A stretch of 64,000 nt of DNA from an uncultured Nitrospinota bacterium (GTDB lineage: Bacteria; Tectomicrobia; Entotheonellia; J063; CAVPRW01): NCBI GenBank assembly GCA_963707985.1, contig CAVPRW010000018.1, positions 64,001 through 128,000 of the forward strand. Reading direction: 5' to 3'. The notes beneath the pieces were generated by a model, which ran no database searches, had not been told where the DNA came from, and was given only the letters and a program-made list of their open reading frames with translations. Made by a program: the position numbers and the translations under genes. This document shows positions 43,267-54,719 of this stretch, one piece after another; the first letter of the stretch is position 1, and each line of letters starts with the position of its first letter.

Positions 43267-43480
43267 GGCATTGTCAAATTTAGCTTCCCCCTTGCCCAGC
43301 TTCTGCCCCGTGTGCCATACTCACCACATGACTACCCCACCACCAACTAACCTGTATAAGCGTCATCGGTTTCCGGCAGAGATCATCAGTCACTGTGTCT
43401 GGCTATATTTCCGGTTTTGCCTGAGCTATCGAGATGTCGAAGAGTTAATGGCGGCACGCGGTGTGATCCTCACTTATGAG
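43267..43480 (+). mobile_element. IS6-family left end and transposase fragment
   Basis: GGCATTGTCA end; YKRHRFPAEIISHCVWLYFRFCLSYRDVEELMAARG. Confidence 0.85.
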
Positions 43481-44150
43481 CAGGAACAATCAGCCGTAGC
43501 GGGAAGCCATTCGGTTGCGGCAACGGGGCTCCGTTCATCTCATAACACAGCAGGTTGTTGGGGTTCATGGCATCGGCGAGAGCCATGCTGCGGGCGAAGT
43601 TCTGTTTAACCTTGAGATCGCGCACCTCCTCCTCACCTTCATCGCTGCCGAAAAAAACCACCTCAATGCCCTGATCCAACACCCCCGCCTCTTGCAGAAT
43701 GGGGGCCAGCGGCGTGCCCACCCATTGGGCGTTACCAATCACGCCGTGAGACAGTTGAGGCCGATTGCCTGAGCATTCCAGCGTGAAGATGACCTGTTGC
43801 CGGGGTCTGGCCTTGAGCTGACTCAATGTGAAGGTCAGTGGCCGCTTGACCAGTCCAGTGATCTCTAGCTGCCAAGTCTGTGCGTTGATCGCGGGGCCGA
43901 GGGGTTTGTTGTAGTGCAGCACGCGGAAAAACTTCTGATTCGGAGTGATCCACGAGTCTACCTCAGCCCAGTTGAGCAGGTTTAACTCTGGGCTGGGCGG
44001 TTGTGGCTGATCGAGAAAGGGTATGACTTCCTCCCCCACCCGGTGCGGGAACGCCTGCGCCACCAAGGGGGACGGGAGCAGCGCCAGACCGATGACCGCT
44101 GCACCGCCTTGCCTCAATAGCTCTCGCCGTGAAATTTCTGGTGTGTTCAT
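43480..44150 (-). pseudogene. Tat-exported sulfite oxidase-family molybdoenzyme, 3' truncated
   Basis: SRRELL Tat motif, TLECSGN, GNAQWVG, FARS, YEMNG.PL...NGFPLRLIVP. Confidence 0.85.
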
Positions 44151-44174
44151 TGCGTACCTCCTCCTTCCCTTCTC

Positions 44175-46222
44175 ATGTCGACCAAGAAGGAACTGCGTTT
44201 GGCGGTGCTCCGCTGCTTGGTGAACCAGGCTGGCCAGCTCGTCACCAAAGACGCACTGCTCATGACGGTCTGGCCCAAGACGGCAGTGAGTGAATCCGCC
44301 TTGACTGTGGCAATTCGGCAGCTGCGTCGGGTCCTGGGCGATCAGGCGCGGACCCCCCAGTTTATCGAGACGGTGCACCGTCGGGGGTATCGGTTCAATG
44401 CCCCGCTTGCGGTGGCGGAGCCGTCTCCTGAGAGACACCAGACCGCGGGGATGTTGCGCCTACCTTTACCTGTCGCCCGCGTCGGTTCTACGCTCTTTGT
44501 CGGGCGTGAGAGCGAATTGGCTCAAGTGCACCAGTGGTTCACCACGGCGCTCCAGGGCACGCGCCAGGTGGGGATCATCACCGGGGAGCCAGGCATCGGC
44601 AAGACCGCCCTGGTCGACACCCTTGTGGCCCAGGTGGCCGCCGGGGAGGACCTCTTGGTAGGACACGGACAGTGTGTGGAGTCCTATGGCGCCGGGGAGC
44701 CTTATCTGCCCGTGCTGGAGGCGCTGGGACGCCTGTGCCGGGGACCGCATGGAACACGTCTCGTGTCGGTGCTGCGGCAGCATGCCCCCAGCTGGTTGGT
44801 GCAGATGCCTGCTCTGCTGCCCCCCGCCGAGTGGGAGGCGCTCCAGCGTGCAGTAGGCAGTACCGCACAGAGGCGGATGCTGCGCGAGCTGACCGAAGGC
44901 CTGGAGGCCTTCACGACTGAGCGGCCACTGCTGCTCGTGTTGGAAGATCTTCACTGGAGCGATCGTGCGACGCTGGAGTGGCTCGCATATATTGCCCGGC
45001 GTCCCGATCCCACTCGCCTCTTGATTCTCGGGACCTATCGACCCGCGGAGGCCTTTGTCCAGGGCCATCCATTGCGTCCTATCCTCACGGAGCTCCACCA
45101 ACACGGCCAGTGTGTGGAGCTGGCGCTGGACTATCTGTCCGAGGCCGACGTTGCAGCCTACCTTGGCCAGCGGTTCGAGGACCCCCGACTGGCGGCAGAT
45201 CTGGCGCGTGTGCTGCATCGGCGCACCAATGGGAATCCCCTATTCCTGATCTCTGTCGTCGACGAACTTGTGCGCCAGCAGGTGGTGATTGAGGGGCCAG
45301 ACAGGTGGGAGGTGCGGGCAGGGGTAGAGACCATCACCGCCATGGTCCCAGCAAACCTCCGGGCACTGATCGAGCTCCAACTCGCGCACCTCGGCTCCGA
45401 AGCCCAGACGCTGCTCGAAGCCGCGAGTGTGGCCGGGGTTGAGTGCACGGCCGCGGTGGTGGCTGCGGCCCTCGAGTGTGCCGATGAGATGGTGGAAGTG
45501 AAGTGCACGGCACTGGCCCACCAGGAGCGCTTTCTTCAGACCCGCGGCAGGGAGGAATGGCCCGATGGCACGGTGGCCAGGGGATTGGTCTGCTGGCTCT
45601 GCGCCAGGGGGACCTGCCCAGTGCCCTTTCCGTGCTCGAACGCGCGGTCGACATTTGTCGGGACGCCGATCTGCCGAACTATCTCCCCAGGGTAGCTCCG
45701 ACCCTGGGCGCAGCATACACACTCGGCGGGCGCATCGATGACGCCGTACCTCTGATCGAGCAGGGGCTGAAGCAGGCGATGGCCTTGGAACGAGTCAACT
45801 TCCAGGTGTTCTGTCGTCTCTATTTGGGCGAGGCGCAGCTATTGGCCAGCCATCTGGAGGAGGCGCAAGTCCTCGCCGAGTGCGCGCTGACGCAGGCCCG
45901 CGAGCATCAGGAACGTGGCCACCAGGCTTATGCGCTGCGACTCATCGGCGACATTACAGCGCGGCACCAACCGCTGCACAGCGAGCGAGCCGAAGCCCAC
46001 TACCGCGAAGCCCTAGACCTGGCAGAAGAGCTGGGGATGCGCCCACTCGTGGCCCATTGTCTGCTCGGTCTAGGTACCCTGCATGCCAACATCGGCCAGC
46101 GACAGCAGGCTCACGCCGAACTATCGGCTGCCATCGCACTCTACCGCGCCATGGCCATGACCTTCTGGCTGCCTCAAGCGGAGGCCGCCATGGTGCCACT
46201 CGACAGCCCTGCATCGGAGTAG
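44175..46222 (+). pseudogene. wHTH-AAA ATPase-TPR regulator, 5' truncated with internal deletion/frameshift near 45578
   Basis: IETVHRRGYRF, FVGRE, GEPGIGKT, LEDLHWSD, TNGNPLF; TPR tail LGMRPLVAHC, AMTFWL. Confidence 0.8.
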
Positions 46223-46904
46223 GTTTTGCCTCATCCGTCACGACCACACCCATACTTCTCGCTTTGCATATATTCCCACGCGATTTTTCCCGCTACCCAA
46301 AGGACCCCCTGCTCGGCCGACGACATGTCGACGGGGAGGTTAAAAAGAACTAGCTCTGCCGTAACGTCCTACAGTTATTCCACCGGGAGTAGCAACTTGG
46401 ACTCGGGCGTCTGCACGATCGGGGAACTTATTACTGTTATGTCCGATCGTCACAATTTGAGTTTGGCAGCACAGCAGCCTGAAGACCTGCAACGTCGGCA
46501 GTTGGTCGCCAATACGGCGACCAAGATGGTGACGCTAGATTGCCGAGGTTGGGGATAAGGACAAAAGTGTTGTGTCACGCCGAGTTGGCTCGGAAGATTG
46601 TGAACTCGCATGCGTGATGCGCCGAGATTGCGAGGTGATGCACGAGGCTGCCTCGTGGATGGGCCAAGCTTCATCACCGAGAAATATCGGGCGCGTGGCG
46701 TCCCGGCAGGTATCGGCGGTGCCACCCATTGAAGTGAGAACATACGAGAAACATGGAGTACACGCACAGTTGTGCATCCACGCACCTGAGGCCGCGATCC
46801 AGCTATGTGCTGGTGAGAGACTCTCAGTCGGCGTCAAGATCTGGTCGTGGTATCTCCATCTGCAGTCTGGGGCGAATTGTTCCTGATGGCATTGGGGTAT
46901 AGAT

Positions 46905-47309
46905 ATGAACGACCCATCGGTGAATCCACAGGATGTGTTCCGATCCCAATTACCGGTGGGGGCCTCATTGATTGTGATATTCGTTCCGAGCAGAGACCGG
47001 GACGGGCATCCGATCGATCAAGAGTACTGGGTAGATGAGGTCCTGACGACACTGGGAAGATTGTTCCGTGGTGCAACCGCCTATCCACGCGGCCGGGGAG
47101 TGTGGCGTGACGACGAACGTCGCGGAAAGTTGCTTCAAGAGGAACGCGTCATTGTTTTTTCTTATATAGCTGAGGCAGACCTGACGACCAACGCCCTATC
47201 GGGACTGTATCGCACGCTCAGCCGTATGGGGCGTCAGGCGAATCAAGGCGAGATAGGGGTGGTCATCGACGGCAAATATTACGGAATCACCGAATATGTG
47301 GAGGAGTAG
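46905..47309 (+). CDS. hypothetical protein (DUF3574/PII-like ferredoxin fold suspected)
   Basis: Intact 134-aa ORF; LF.GAT.YP.G.GVWRD, NQGEIGVVIDG. Confidence 0.65.
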   Translation: MNDPSVNPQDVFRSQLPVGASLIVIFVPSRDRDGHPIDQEYWVDEVLTTLGRLFRGATAYPRGRGVWRDDERRGKLLQEERVIVFSYIAEADLTTNALSGLYRTLSRMGRQANQGEIGVVIDGKYYGITEYVEE

Positions 47310-47312
47310 CCA

Positions 47313-47631
47313 ATGCTTTCGGAAGAAGAAATCCGACAGGCGTTACATGCCAAGCGCATTAGTCCCATTAGTGGTCGCAAGACCAGATGGGCCTCTAGGA
47401 TTGGAGCAGATAGCAGCAGCGGTGTCCCACATTAATCCAGCGCTTGGGTCAGGCTCCCCCCGTGTACGTCGACCGATTGCCCTCGACCGTTCGACATGGG
47501 AAAAATTAGAGCAGTTAGCTGAAACTGCTGCGCAGACGACATCACAGCCAGTCACCGCATCGCAAGTGGCCGTCGCCATCATCGAGCAGTATGTGGAAGC
47601 GCTCCCGCAACGGAGCGCAACGCAGGAATGA
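47313..47631 (+). pseudogene. small ribbon-helix-helix-like partner gene, frameshift near 47362
   Basis: GAGGAG RBS, MLSEEEIRQALHAKR then RRPIALDRSTWEKLEQLA...SQVA..IIE. Confidence 0.55.
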
Positions 47632-47793
47632 CGTGTAGCTGAAAGACGCCGTGCGCACCTCACCCATGTCATCCGAAGTTGTGCGTCTGAGGAGAAGAAA
47701 GGATGACGCGATGACATCAGTAACCCGCCCTATAGCTGACCAGTCGGTTTCTGTGATCTGCAACAACATGGCCAGAATCACACTGCATACTAA

Positions 47794-49044
47794 AGGAATC
47801 GCTTAGCTTACATAGACCTATTTGCAGGTCCAGGCCGTTATAAGGATGGGACAAAGTCCACCCCCTTACTGCTTCTCGAGAAAGCGATTCAAGACCCGGA
47901 TATGCGTGAAATGCTTGTGACCATATTCAACGACAAAAACGAAGATAACTCATATTCCCTGCAACATGCGATTCATACTATACCAGGTATTGAAACGCTC
48001 AAGTATCCACCTACAGTTAGAAACTCTGAGGTTGGGAAAGAAATCGTTGCAATTTTCTCTCCAATGCGTTTAGTACCAACTCTCTTCTTTGTTGACCCTT
48101 GGGGTTATAAAGGATTAACATTACAGCTTATCAACTCTGTCTTGAAGGATTGGGGCTGCGATGCGATTATCTTCTTCAACTATAACCGCATTCGCATGGG
48201 ACTTTCAAACCTCGCTGTCGAGGAGCACATGAATGCCCTCTTCACAGAGAAGCGTGCGGCCAGCCTCCGGGCTCGCTTCGCGAGGCTCAGCCCCTCAGCG
48301 GGAGAGCTGGCAATCGTCGAGGAGATCGCGAATGCCCTGACAGAGCTGGGGGCAAAATACGTGCTGCCATTTTGCTTTAAGAATGCGTATGGCACACGGA
48401 CGAGTCATCACCTGATATTTGCCACGAAAAATTTCAGAGGCTACGACATCATGAAAGGTATCATGGGCCGCCAGAGCTCTGCTGCCGACCAGGGCGTGCC
48501 CTCGTGCATCTCCATCTCGCTGAGCGACCTCTTCCTTGAGGACGTTCCCTTTGCTTTCATTGAGCGTGTCTTCAACGTCATGCAGCGTGCGTCGTGGCAT
48601 CAGTTCCAGGTTCTCACCAAGCGTTCTGAGCGCCTGATCGAGTTTGCTTGCAAACTTCCGTGGCCACAACACGTCTGGATGGGTGTAAGTGTCGAGAACG
48701 AAGACTACTCCTACCGCATTGATCACCTGCGACAGACACCAGCCAATATCAAATTTCTTTCTCTAGAACCGCTTCTTGGGCCACTTCCCTCGCTTAACCT
48801 TGAGAATATTCATTGGGTCATTGTCGGTGGAGAATCAGGCCCCGGAGCGCGTCCCATTGAGGCCTTTTGGGTCATCGACATCCGCAACCAATGTTGCGCA
48901 GCAGGGGTGCCGTTCTTCTTCAAGCAGTGGGGTGGGGTCAATAAAAAGCGAACAGGGAGAGAGATCGAGGGACGTACATGGGATGAAATGCCTCTTCCGC
49001 TCACTCATAATGGCAGGTTTCAAGGCACTTTACTCGACGTCTAA
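47794..49044 (+). pseudogene. three-Cys-motif partner (TcmP, methyltransferase-like) fused in frame to DUF5131 (Gp37/Gp68) C-terminal part
   Basis: YIDLFAGPG, FFVDPWGYKG, HLIFATKN | SDLF.EDVP, FQVLTKR, WMGVSVEN, FLSLEPLLG, WVIVGGESG, FFFKQWGG. Confidence 0.85.
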
Positions 49045-49277
49045 ACCCTGTTCCCGGCAGAAATCGCTGCTTTGGGCTTGCTTCCCTTATAGACTGCAGA
49101 ACATCACCTTCGTACGCTGACCTCAGCAACACCTATGACGCTCAAGAGAGCCCAGCGCCTCTCTCTGGAATGGGTAGCGGGCAAGAATGGTGATCATGTA
49201 GAGCTCCGCATGAACACGATTTTGCCCGCTACCCCAGGAACTCCCTCTTGGCACCGAAGAGCATTTGGCCGCGGCAC

Positions 49278-50174
49278 CTAAAACGCTTTGATACCAACCA
49301 CCTTCGTCGGGAGGCTATAGAGAGATTTCCCGGCCGTAATATACAGCGTACGCGCGTCTGGACCGCCAAACGCCAAGTTGCGCGGCACCTCCGGCACGCG
49401 AATCACGCCGACACGCTGGCCCTGCGGGTCGATCACCCAGATGCCCCCAGAGCCGGTGCAGAACACGTGCCCGTCCCGCGTGACCTTCATCCCATCCGGG
49501 ACCCCAGGCTCGGCCGACGACATGTCGATGAACACACGATTATTCGACAGTCGGCCCTGCGCGTCCACGTCGAAGGCGCGAATGCGGCGGTGACGACACA
49601 TCTCGCCATTGCTCGCCTCGGCGAGACACCGTTCATCGAGACGGCTGATGGCCACATAGAGTATCCGTTCGTCGGGTGAGAAGGCCAATCCATTGGGGTA
49701 TTCGCACTCGTCGGTAGCGAGGGCCAGGTCGCCCTGCGGACTGATGCAATACACGCCCGAGACGCCGACCTCGCGCTCTGCAGGGGGTACACGCAGCTCA
49801 GGGTCCGTGAAGAAAAGGCTGCCGTCGGAGCGGCAAACCACATCATTCGGCCTATTGAGGCGCTTGCCCTGCCAGCGATCTGCCAGGGTCGTAAGGCTTC
49901 CATCGGGGTCCATGCGTGTGATCCGCCGATTGCCCCCCTCGCACATAACCAAACGTCCCTGGCGGTCCAGGGTGCAGCCATTCCCTTCCCCGGTCTGTTC
50001 GCGGATGACCTGCACGCCGCCGGTGGCATCCCAACGCAGCAGGCGGCTGACTTGCATATCCACAAGTGTCAAGAATCCAGCCGGGTGCCAAAGCGGCCCC
50101 TCGGTGGAGCCAAGGTTGGTGGCAAGTAATTGTGGCTCGGTTGACTCCAGGATCGTTGATAGATCACTCATCAT
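49278..50174 (-). CDS. SMP-30/gluconolactonase family
   Basis: TEGPLW, GNG, LNRPND, FFTDP, PNGLAFSPD, PDGMKV, NLAFGG. Confidence 0.92.
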   Translation of the reverse strand: MMSDLSTILESTEPQLLATNLGSTEGPLWHPAGFLTLVDMQVSRLLRWDATGGVQVIREQTGEGNGCTLDRQGRLVMCEGGNRRITRMDPDGSLTTLADRWQGKRLNRPNDVVCRSDGSLFFTDPELRVPPAEREVGVSGVYCISPQGDLALATDECEYPNGLAFSPDERILYVAISRLDERCLAEASNGEMCRHRRIRAFDVDAQGRLSNNRVFIDMSSAEPGVPDGMKVTRDGHVFCTGSGGIWVIDPQGQRVGVIRVPEVPRNLAFGGPDARTLYITAGKSLYSLPTKVVGIKAF

Positions 50175-50286
50175 GAGGCAGCCCCCTTTCCTCGGTTATC
50201 TGCTCAGGCAGTTGGATCATCAGAGGACGTCCGGCACATCGGGCGCCATCGCAGGACGCACTGGCAACTTGTCAGGGGGAGCCACG

Positions 50287-51420
50287 TCAGCCACAGGCGG
50301 CAAAACGTTCCAGATGATGATCGACATCCCCGAAAGCCTGGGCGATCATCGTCAGCCGTCGGAATGTGTGGCTGATTTTCAGCTCCTCGGTCATGCCCAT
50401 GCCGCCATGGAGTTGCACGGCTTCCTGGCTGACGTGCCGGCAGGCTTCGGCGATCTGGATCTTCGCCGCCGAAACGGCTCGTTGTCGCTCAGCAGCATCG
50501 GCGGTGTCTACCTTCACGCAGGCGAGGCAAGCCATCGACCGCCCTTGCTCGTAACTGATGAACATATCGACCATGCGATGCTGCAGCGCCTGGAAGCTGC
50601 CGATGGGCACCCCGAATTGGCGTCGCGATTTCAGATACGCCAGCGTCGCCTCGTTGGCATACCTGATGGCGCCAACGGCTTCGGCACAGAGGAGGGCGGT
50701 GGCATAGTCGACGACCTCGTCGATCAGGGTGAGGCCATCGCCCTCGGAACCGATGAGTGCCTCGGCAGGAATAGGCACGCTGGAGAGCTTGATGTCAACG
50801 GCGTGAAGATTGTCGATCGTGCGGTATTCTTGCACTGTGACTCCGGGCAGGTCGCGCTCGACCAGAAAGAGGCTGATCCCACGGGCGTCGGTGGGATGGC
50901 CTGCCGTGCGCGCCGAGACCACGAGCAGATCGGCGCAGCCGCCATGGATTACGGCGCACTTCTCACCATCGAGCACCCAACCGTCCCCAGCCCGGCGCGC
51001 CCGCGTGGCGACATGCTGCAGATCATAGCGGGCTCCCCGCTCCGTCTGAGCAAAGGCAAGCTTGGCCTGCCCCTGGACAAGCGCCGGCAGGATGCGTTGC
51101 CGCTGTGTTTCCGTCCCACCGCGGGCCACGAACTGACCGCCCAGACCCACGGTGGCGAGGTACGGTTCGACGACCAGCCCTTCGCCGATGGCCTCCATCA
51201 CGACCATCAGGTCGACCGCATTGCCGCCGAAGCCACCATATGCCGTGTCGAACGGCACCCCGAGCAGACCCATGTCCGCTAAAGCCGCCCACATGTCCTC
51301 GCTGTAGCCGGCCGTGGAGGCCATAATCTTGTTGCGGGCGTCAAAGGTGTAGTGGGTGGCCAAGAAGCGCTTGAGGGTGTCGGCGAGGAGCTGTTGCTCT
51401 TCGCTATAGTCGAAGTTCAT
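50287..51420 (-). CDS. acyl-CoA dehydrogenase, small subunit (PimD-like)
   Basis: YSEEQQLL, LDGEK, R.QFGVPIGSFQALQHR, VQLHGGMGMTEE. Confidence 0.9.
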   Translation of the reverse strand: MNFDYSEEQQLLADTLKRFLATHYTFDARNKIMASTAGYSEDMWAALADMGLLGVPFDTAYGGFGGNAVDLMVVMEAIGEGLVVEPYLATVGLGGQFVARGGTETQRQRILPALVQGQAKLAFAQTERGARYDLQHVATRARRAGDGWVLDGEKCAVIHGGCADLLVVSARTAGHPTDARGISLFLVERDLPGVTVQEYRTIDNLHAVDIKLSSVPIPAEALIGSEGDGLTLIDEVVDYATALLCAEAVGAIRYANEATLAYLKSRRQFGVPIGSFQALQHRMVDMFISYEQGRSMACLACVKVDTADAAERQRAVSAAKIQIAEACRHVSQEAVQLHGGMGMTEELKISHTFRRLTMIAQAFGDVDHHLERFAACG

Positions 51421-51447
51421 CGCGTGTCCTCCGCGCTGATCGAACCG

Positions 51448-52629
51448 TTAGAGACCCAGGGTTGCCTTAGCGATGATGTTGCGCTGGATCTCATTGGACC
51501 CCGCGTAGATGGTGGTCTTGCGCATATTCAAGTAGCGCGGTGCCAGTGATGCGGTAAAGGCGTCGAAGTCGGCTTCCGGATCCACCGGGCGGAAGAGCTG
51601 TGCCAAAGGACCGGCGGTCTGCATCATCAGCTCCGAGAGAGCTTGCTGAATCTCGGTCCCCTTGATCTTGAGCAACGAGACCTCGGCACCGGGGGCTCGA
51701 CCGCCGCGAAGCTGGTCGAGATAGCGCAGGTTGGTGATCTCCAGCGCCATCAGCTCGACCTCTACACGCGTGATTCGGTCGTGGAACCGCGGATCGTCGA
51801 GCAGGGACTTGCCATCCTTGGTCGTTTTCGCCGCCAGCTCCTTCAGCCGCGCCAGCTCGCGTTTCGAGGCGCCAATGCGGCCCGTGCCCATGCGCTCATA
51901 GCCTAGCAGGAACTTGGCCACCGTCCAGCCGTCATTCTCTTCATGGACCCGGTTTTCCAGGGGGACTCGTACATCATCGAAGAACACGGCGTTGACCTCA
52001 TGGCCACCGTCCATGAGCGTGATCGGACGCACAGAGATCCCCGGTGAGCGCATGTCGATGAGCAGAAACGAAATGCCTTCCTGGCGCTTCGGCCGGTTGG
52101 GATCAGTGCGCACCAGACAGAAGATCCAGTCGGCGTAGTGGGCCAGGGTCGTCCAGATCTTCTGCCCCGTCACGACGTAATCGTCGCCATCACGCACGGC
52201 CCGAGTTTGGAGGGAGGCAAGGTCCGACCCTGAGCCCGGCTCTGAGTATCCCTGGCACCAGAAATCCTCGCCATGGTAGATGCGCGGTAGGAAGCGCTGC
52301 TTCTGTTCCGACGTTCCGAAGCGCAGCAACACCGGTGCACACATCCGCAGGCCAAACGACATCAGGGGAGGACAACCAGCAGCGCCGCACTCTTCCTCGA
52401 AGATGTAGCGCTGCACCACCGTCCAATCGGTGCCACCCCACTCAATCGGCCAGTCTGGGGCCACCCAGCCCTTTTTGGCCAAAATCTGGTGCCAGCGCAG
52501 CAGGTTATCCTTGCTGAGTTCCTGATAATTCACCACCTTTTCGCTCAGGTCATCGGGCAGGTTCTCTCGCAGCCACGCCCGCACCCCGTCGCGAAAGGCT
52601 TCTTCTTCTGGGGAATAGTTCAGGTCCAT
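51448..52629 (-). CDS. acyl-CoA dehydrogenase, large subunit (PimC-like)
   Basis: WCQGYSEPGSGSDLASL, GQKIWT, TIYAGSNEIQRNII. Confidence 0.92.
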   Translation of the reverse strand: MDLNYSPEEEAFRDGVRAWLRENLPDDLSEKVVNYQELSKDNLLRWHQILAKKGWVAPDWPIEWGGTDWTVVQRYIFEEECGAAGCPPLMSFGLRMCAPVLLRFGTSEQKQRFLPRIYHGEDFWCQGYSEPGSGSDLASLQTRAVRDGDDYVVTGQKIWTTLAHYADWIFCLVRTDPNRPKRQEGISFLLIDMRSPGISVRPITLMDGGHEVNAVFFDDVRVPLENRVHEENDGWTVAKFLLGYERMGTGRIGASKRELARLKELAAKTTKDGKSLLDDPRFHDRITRVEVELMALEITNLRYLDQLRGGRAPGAEVSLLKIKGTEIQQALSELMMQTAGPLAQLFRPVDPEADFDAFTASLAPRYLNMRKTTIYAGSNEIQRNIIAKATLGL

Positions 52630-52664
52630 GCCACTTCTCCTCTCCGGCGAGTTGTCGCTCACCG

Positions 52665-52815
52665 CCTCAGACACGAGCATGCCGCCAATTACGGCAGTGC
52701 CAATCATACACGACTGACCGTCCCAGCGCCAGAGGACAACACTAGCAGTGCCACACCGAGAGCGCAGGCGAAGGAAGCCATCAGAATTGGCGCAGGAAAG
52801 CGACTGGTTGCCCGC
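52665..52815 (-). pseudogene. RND efflux permease C-terminal fragment
   Basis: PILMASFA.ALGV..LV.SSGAG..SR / IGTAVIGGMLVS. Confidence 0.6.
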
Positions 52816-52861
52816 TAGGCCCCCCTACAAATCGGGCAATGTCCGTCGCCAGGTCATGTGG

Positions 52862-53992
52862 TTACCAGGGAGATCGACCCGCCTGTTTCCTCCCCCCAAA
52901 GACGAATTCGATGCCAATGCCAGGGGACTGATGGTGCTGTTCCAGCGGCCGGTTGAGGAACCTAGCGGTTGGCTCGTCGAAGTGCATGTACGAGGCTGGG
53001 GTGGGGAGACGCAACTGTACCCGGATATCGGTCTGTATCCCCAATAATCGTTCAAAGATGCTGTTGGACACCCCCAAAGGATCAGTCAGGGCGAGGGGGA
53101 TATGGTCATACCAGCGCAGCTCTGGTTTCCGCAGGATGTACTCCCGGATGGGTTCGAAGAGCAAGGCGCCGACAAGCAATCCACCCACGGGAGTGACGAT
53201 CAAATCCTGGTATGACGGCTGCTCGAACATCGCTTCAATGCCAAATTCATAGAGGCTAGAGATCAATGCCGCATACCAAAAGCCGCCAAAGGCCCCGAAC
53301 CCTCGCTCGCGGGCGCGAATATAGCCGATCGCCCCGAAATAAGGGTGGCCCAGATAGTTGACATACCAGACATCCGAGTCCCAGTGAGGATGTCGCACGT
53401 TTTCCCACCATTGCTGCAGGCTGGTTTTACGTTGCTCGGAACTCCAGTGTGATACACTCTCCGGAGTCAGAAACCAGATCCCCGCACCTATCACCTGATA
53501 CCCTAGGAAAAATGCCGTATCTCTTCTGAGTCCTCGCCAATCACGTACCACCGCACTGGGTGCGGCACTTTCATCCTTTACGACGCCAGGCTCATCCTCC
53601 ATCAGCAAAGGGTCTTCGGTCAGAGTATCTTCCGTCCCGACCCCGCTCGTACCTGCAGGCGGATCGAGGAGGCTGGAAAATGGTCCAGCTCCTTCAAGTG
53701 GGCGCCAGCTTGACGGGTCTATGCCGGTGCCGAGCGGTGCATCAGCGTCGACTGGCCCCGCGGGTGGCACATCTCCAGGGTGGTAAGTAAGCTGCCCCAA
53801 GGCATTGTGGTCACCGGCCCGAGGCACCGGAGATCGAGCCCGCGCCGACCTCATCTGCTGCCCTACTCGCTCTATCCTGGACTTCTGTCCTGTCGGTCGC
53901 CTCATGACATGCTCAGTAGCCATCGCCACGTGCACATCGCTGGCAAACATGATCGTGAACAGGACCGGGGCGAGGAGCACAACATACCGCAT
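52862..53992 (-). CDS. DUF3943 domain protein (exported/outer-membrane)
   Basis: Signal peptide; WD.D.WYVNYLGHPYFG, LYEFGIEA.FEQPS.QDLIVTP.GG. Confidence 0.8.
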   Translation of the reverse strand: MRYVVLLAPVLFTIMFASDVHVAMATEHVMRRPTGQKSRIERVGQQMRSARARSPVPRAGDHNALGQLTYHPGDVPPAGPVDADAPLGTGIDPSSWRPLEGAGPFSSLLDPPAGTSGVGTEDTLTEDPLLMEDEPGVVKDESAAPSAVVRDWRGLRRDTAFFLGYQVIGAGIWFLTPESVSHWSSEQRKTSLQQWWENVRHPHWDSDVWYVNYLGHPYFGAIGYIRARERGFGAFGGFWYAALISSLYEFGIEAMFEQPSYQDLIVTPVGGLLVGALLFEPIREYILRKPELRWYDHIPLALTDPLGVSNSIFERLLGIQTDIRVQLRLPTPASYMHFDEPTARFLNRPLEQHHQSPGIGIEFVFGGRKQAGRSPW

Positions 53993-54389
53993 CAGATCCT
54001 CCTGAGCCTATGTGCAAGGGGGTGTGCTACACGTCAGACGATGGTCTCTCATGCCACACTCTGGTACAGGCGTGCGCATGACCCGCGGCAGCCCAGACGA
54101 GCGGATCATAGTGCTGGACGCGTGGAACATGCAGGCTGGTCGGACGATCCGGGGCAAATGACACAGGCCTCTCTGGTGCCAAGAGGGTGAACACCCCACC
54201 ATTGGAGATGATGCAGGGTCCTGAGATGGTATTCTAGACCGTCCTGTGGGCTTATGGATGGGCTGCGTCGGTTCACCACTAGCGGTCGGCGCCGTCACCG
54301 GGTATCTGCACCATCTCGCTACCACCTGTGCGCCTGCCACATAGGCTGATGGCGAGGTGGAGAGATCCCAGACCACGCGACAGTGTGCG

Positions 54390-54719
54390 TTATTCCTCTT
54401 CGAGTTGCCTCCCGGCTACCTCAAGAGCCTGGCGTTTTTCTGGCGTCACTTCCGGATACGTGAGGTGCATCGAGCTGATCGTGGACGTCAAAAGATCGGC
54501 CACCGCCGCCCTCGCCACCCACTTGTGGAGGAGCTCTTGGGCTTCAGCGAGGTGCTTGAGGTTTTCGGCCAGGACGGTTTCAGCGCGCCCTTTGATGACG
54601 TCCTTACCCAGTTCCTTCAACTCCTCCGTTTGAGCCCAACCGGGGTTGCGTTGTTTCAGTCGCACCTTCGCTCCTGGCGCGACCTGGAATACCTTGATGA
54701 GTTTGGGGTTAATCATCAC
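54390..54719 (-). pseudogene. polyphosphate kinase 2 with catalytic core deleted in frame
   Basis: N-terminus V.PG.KVRL...L.EAQELL joined near 54530 directly to C-terminal HKWVARAAVA...L.YPEV. Confidence 0.75.

Noticed and set aside
49693..51282. 529-aa plus-strand ORF
   Set aside because: Antisense shadow of the gluconolactonase and acyl-CoA dehydrogenase genes in GC-rich DNA.
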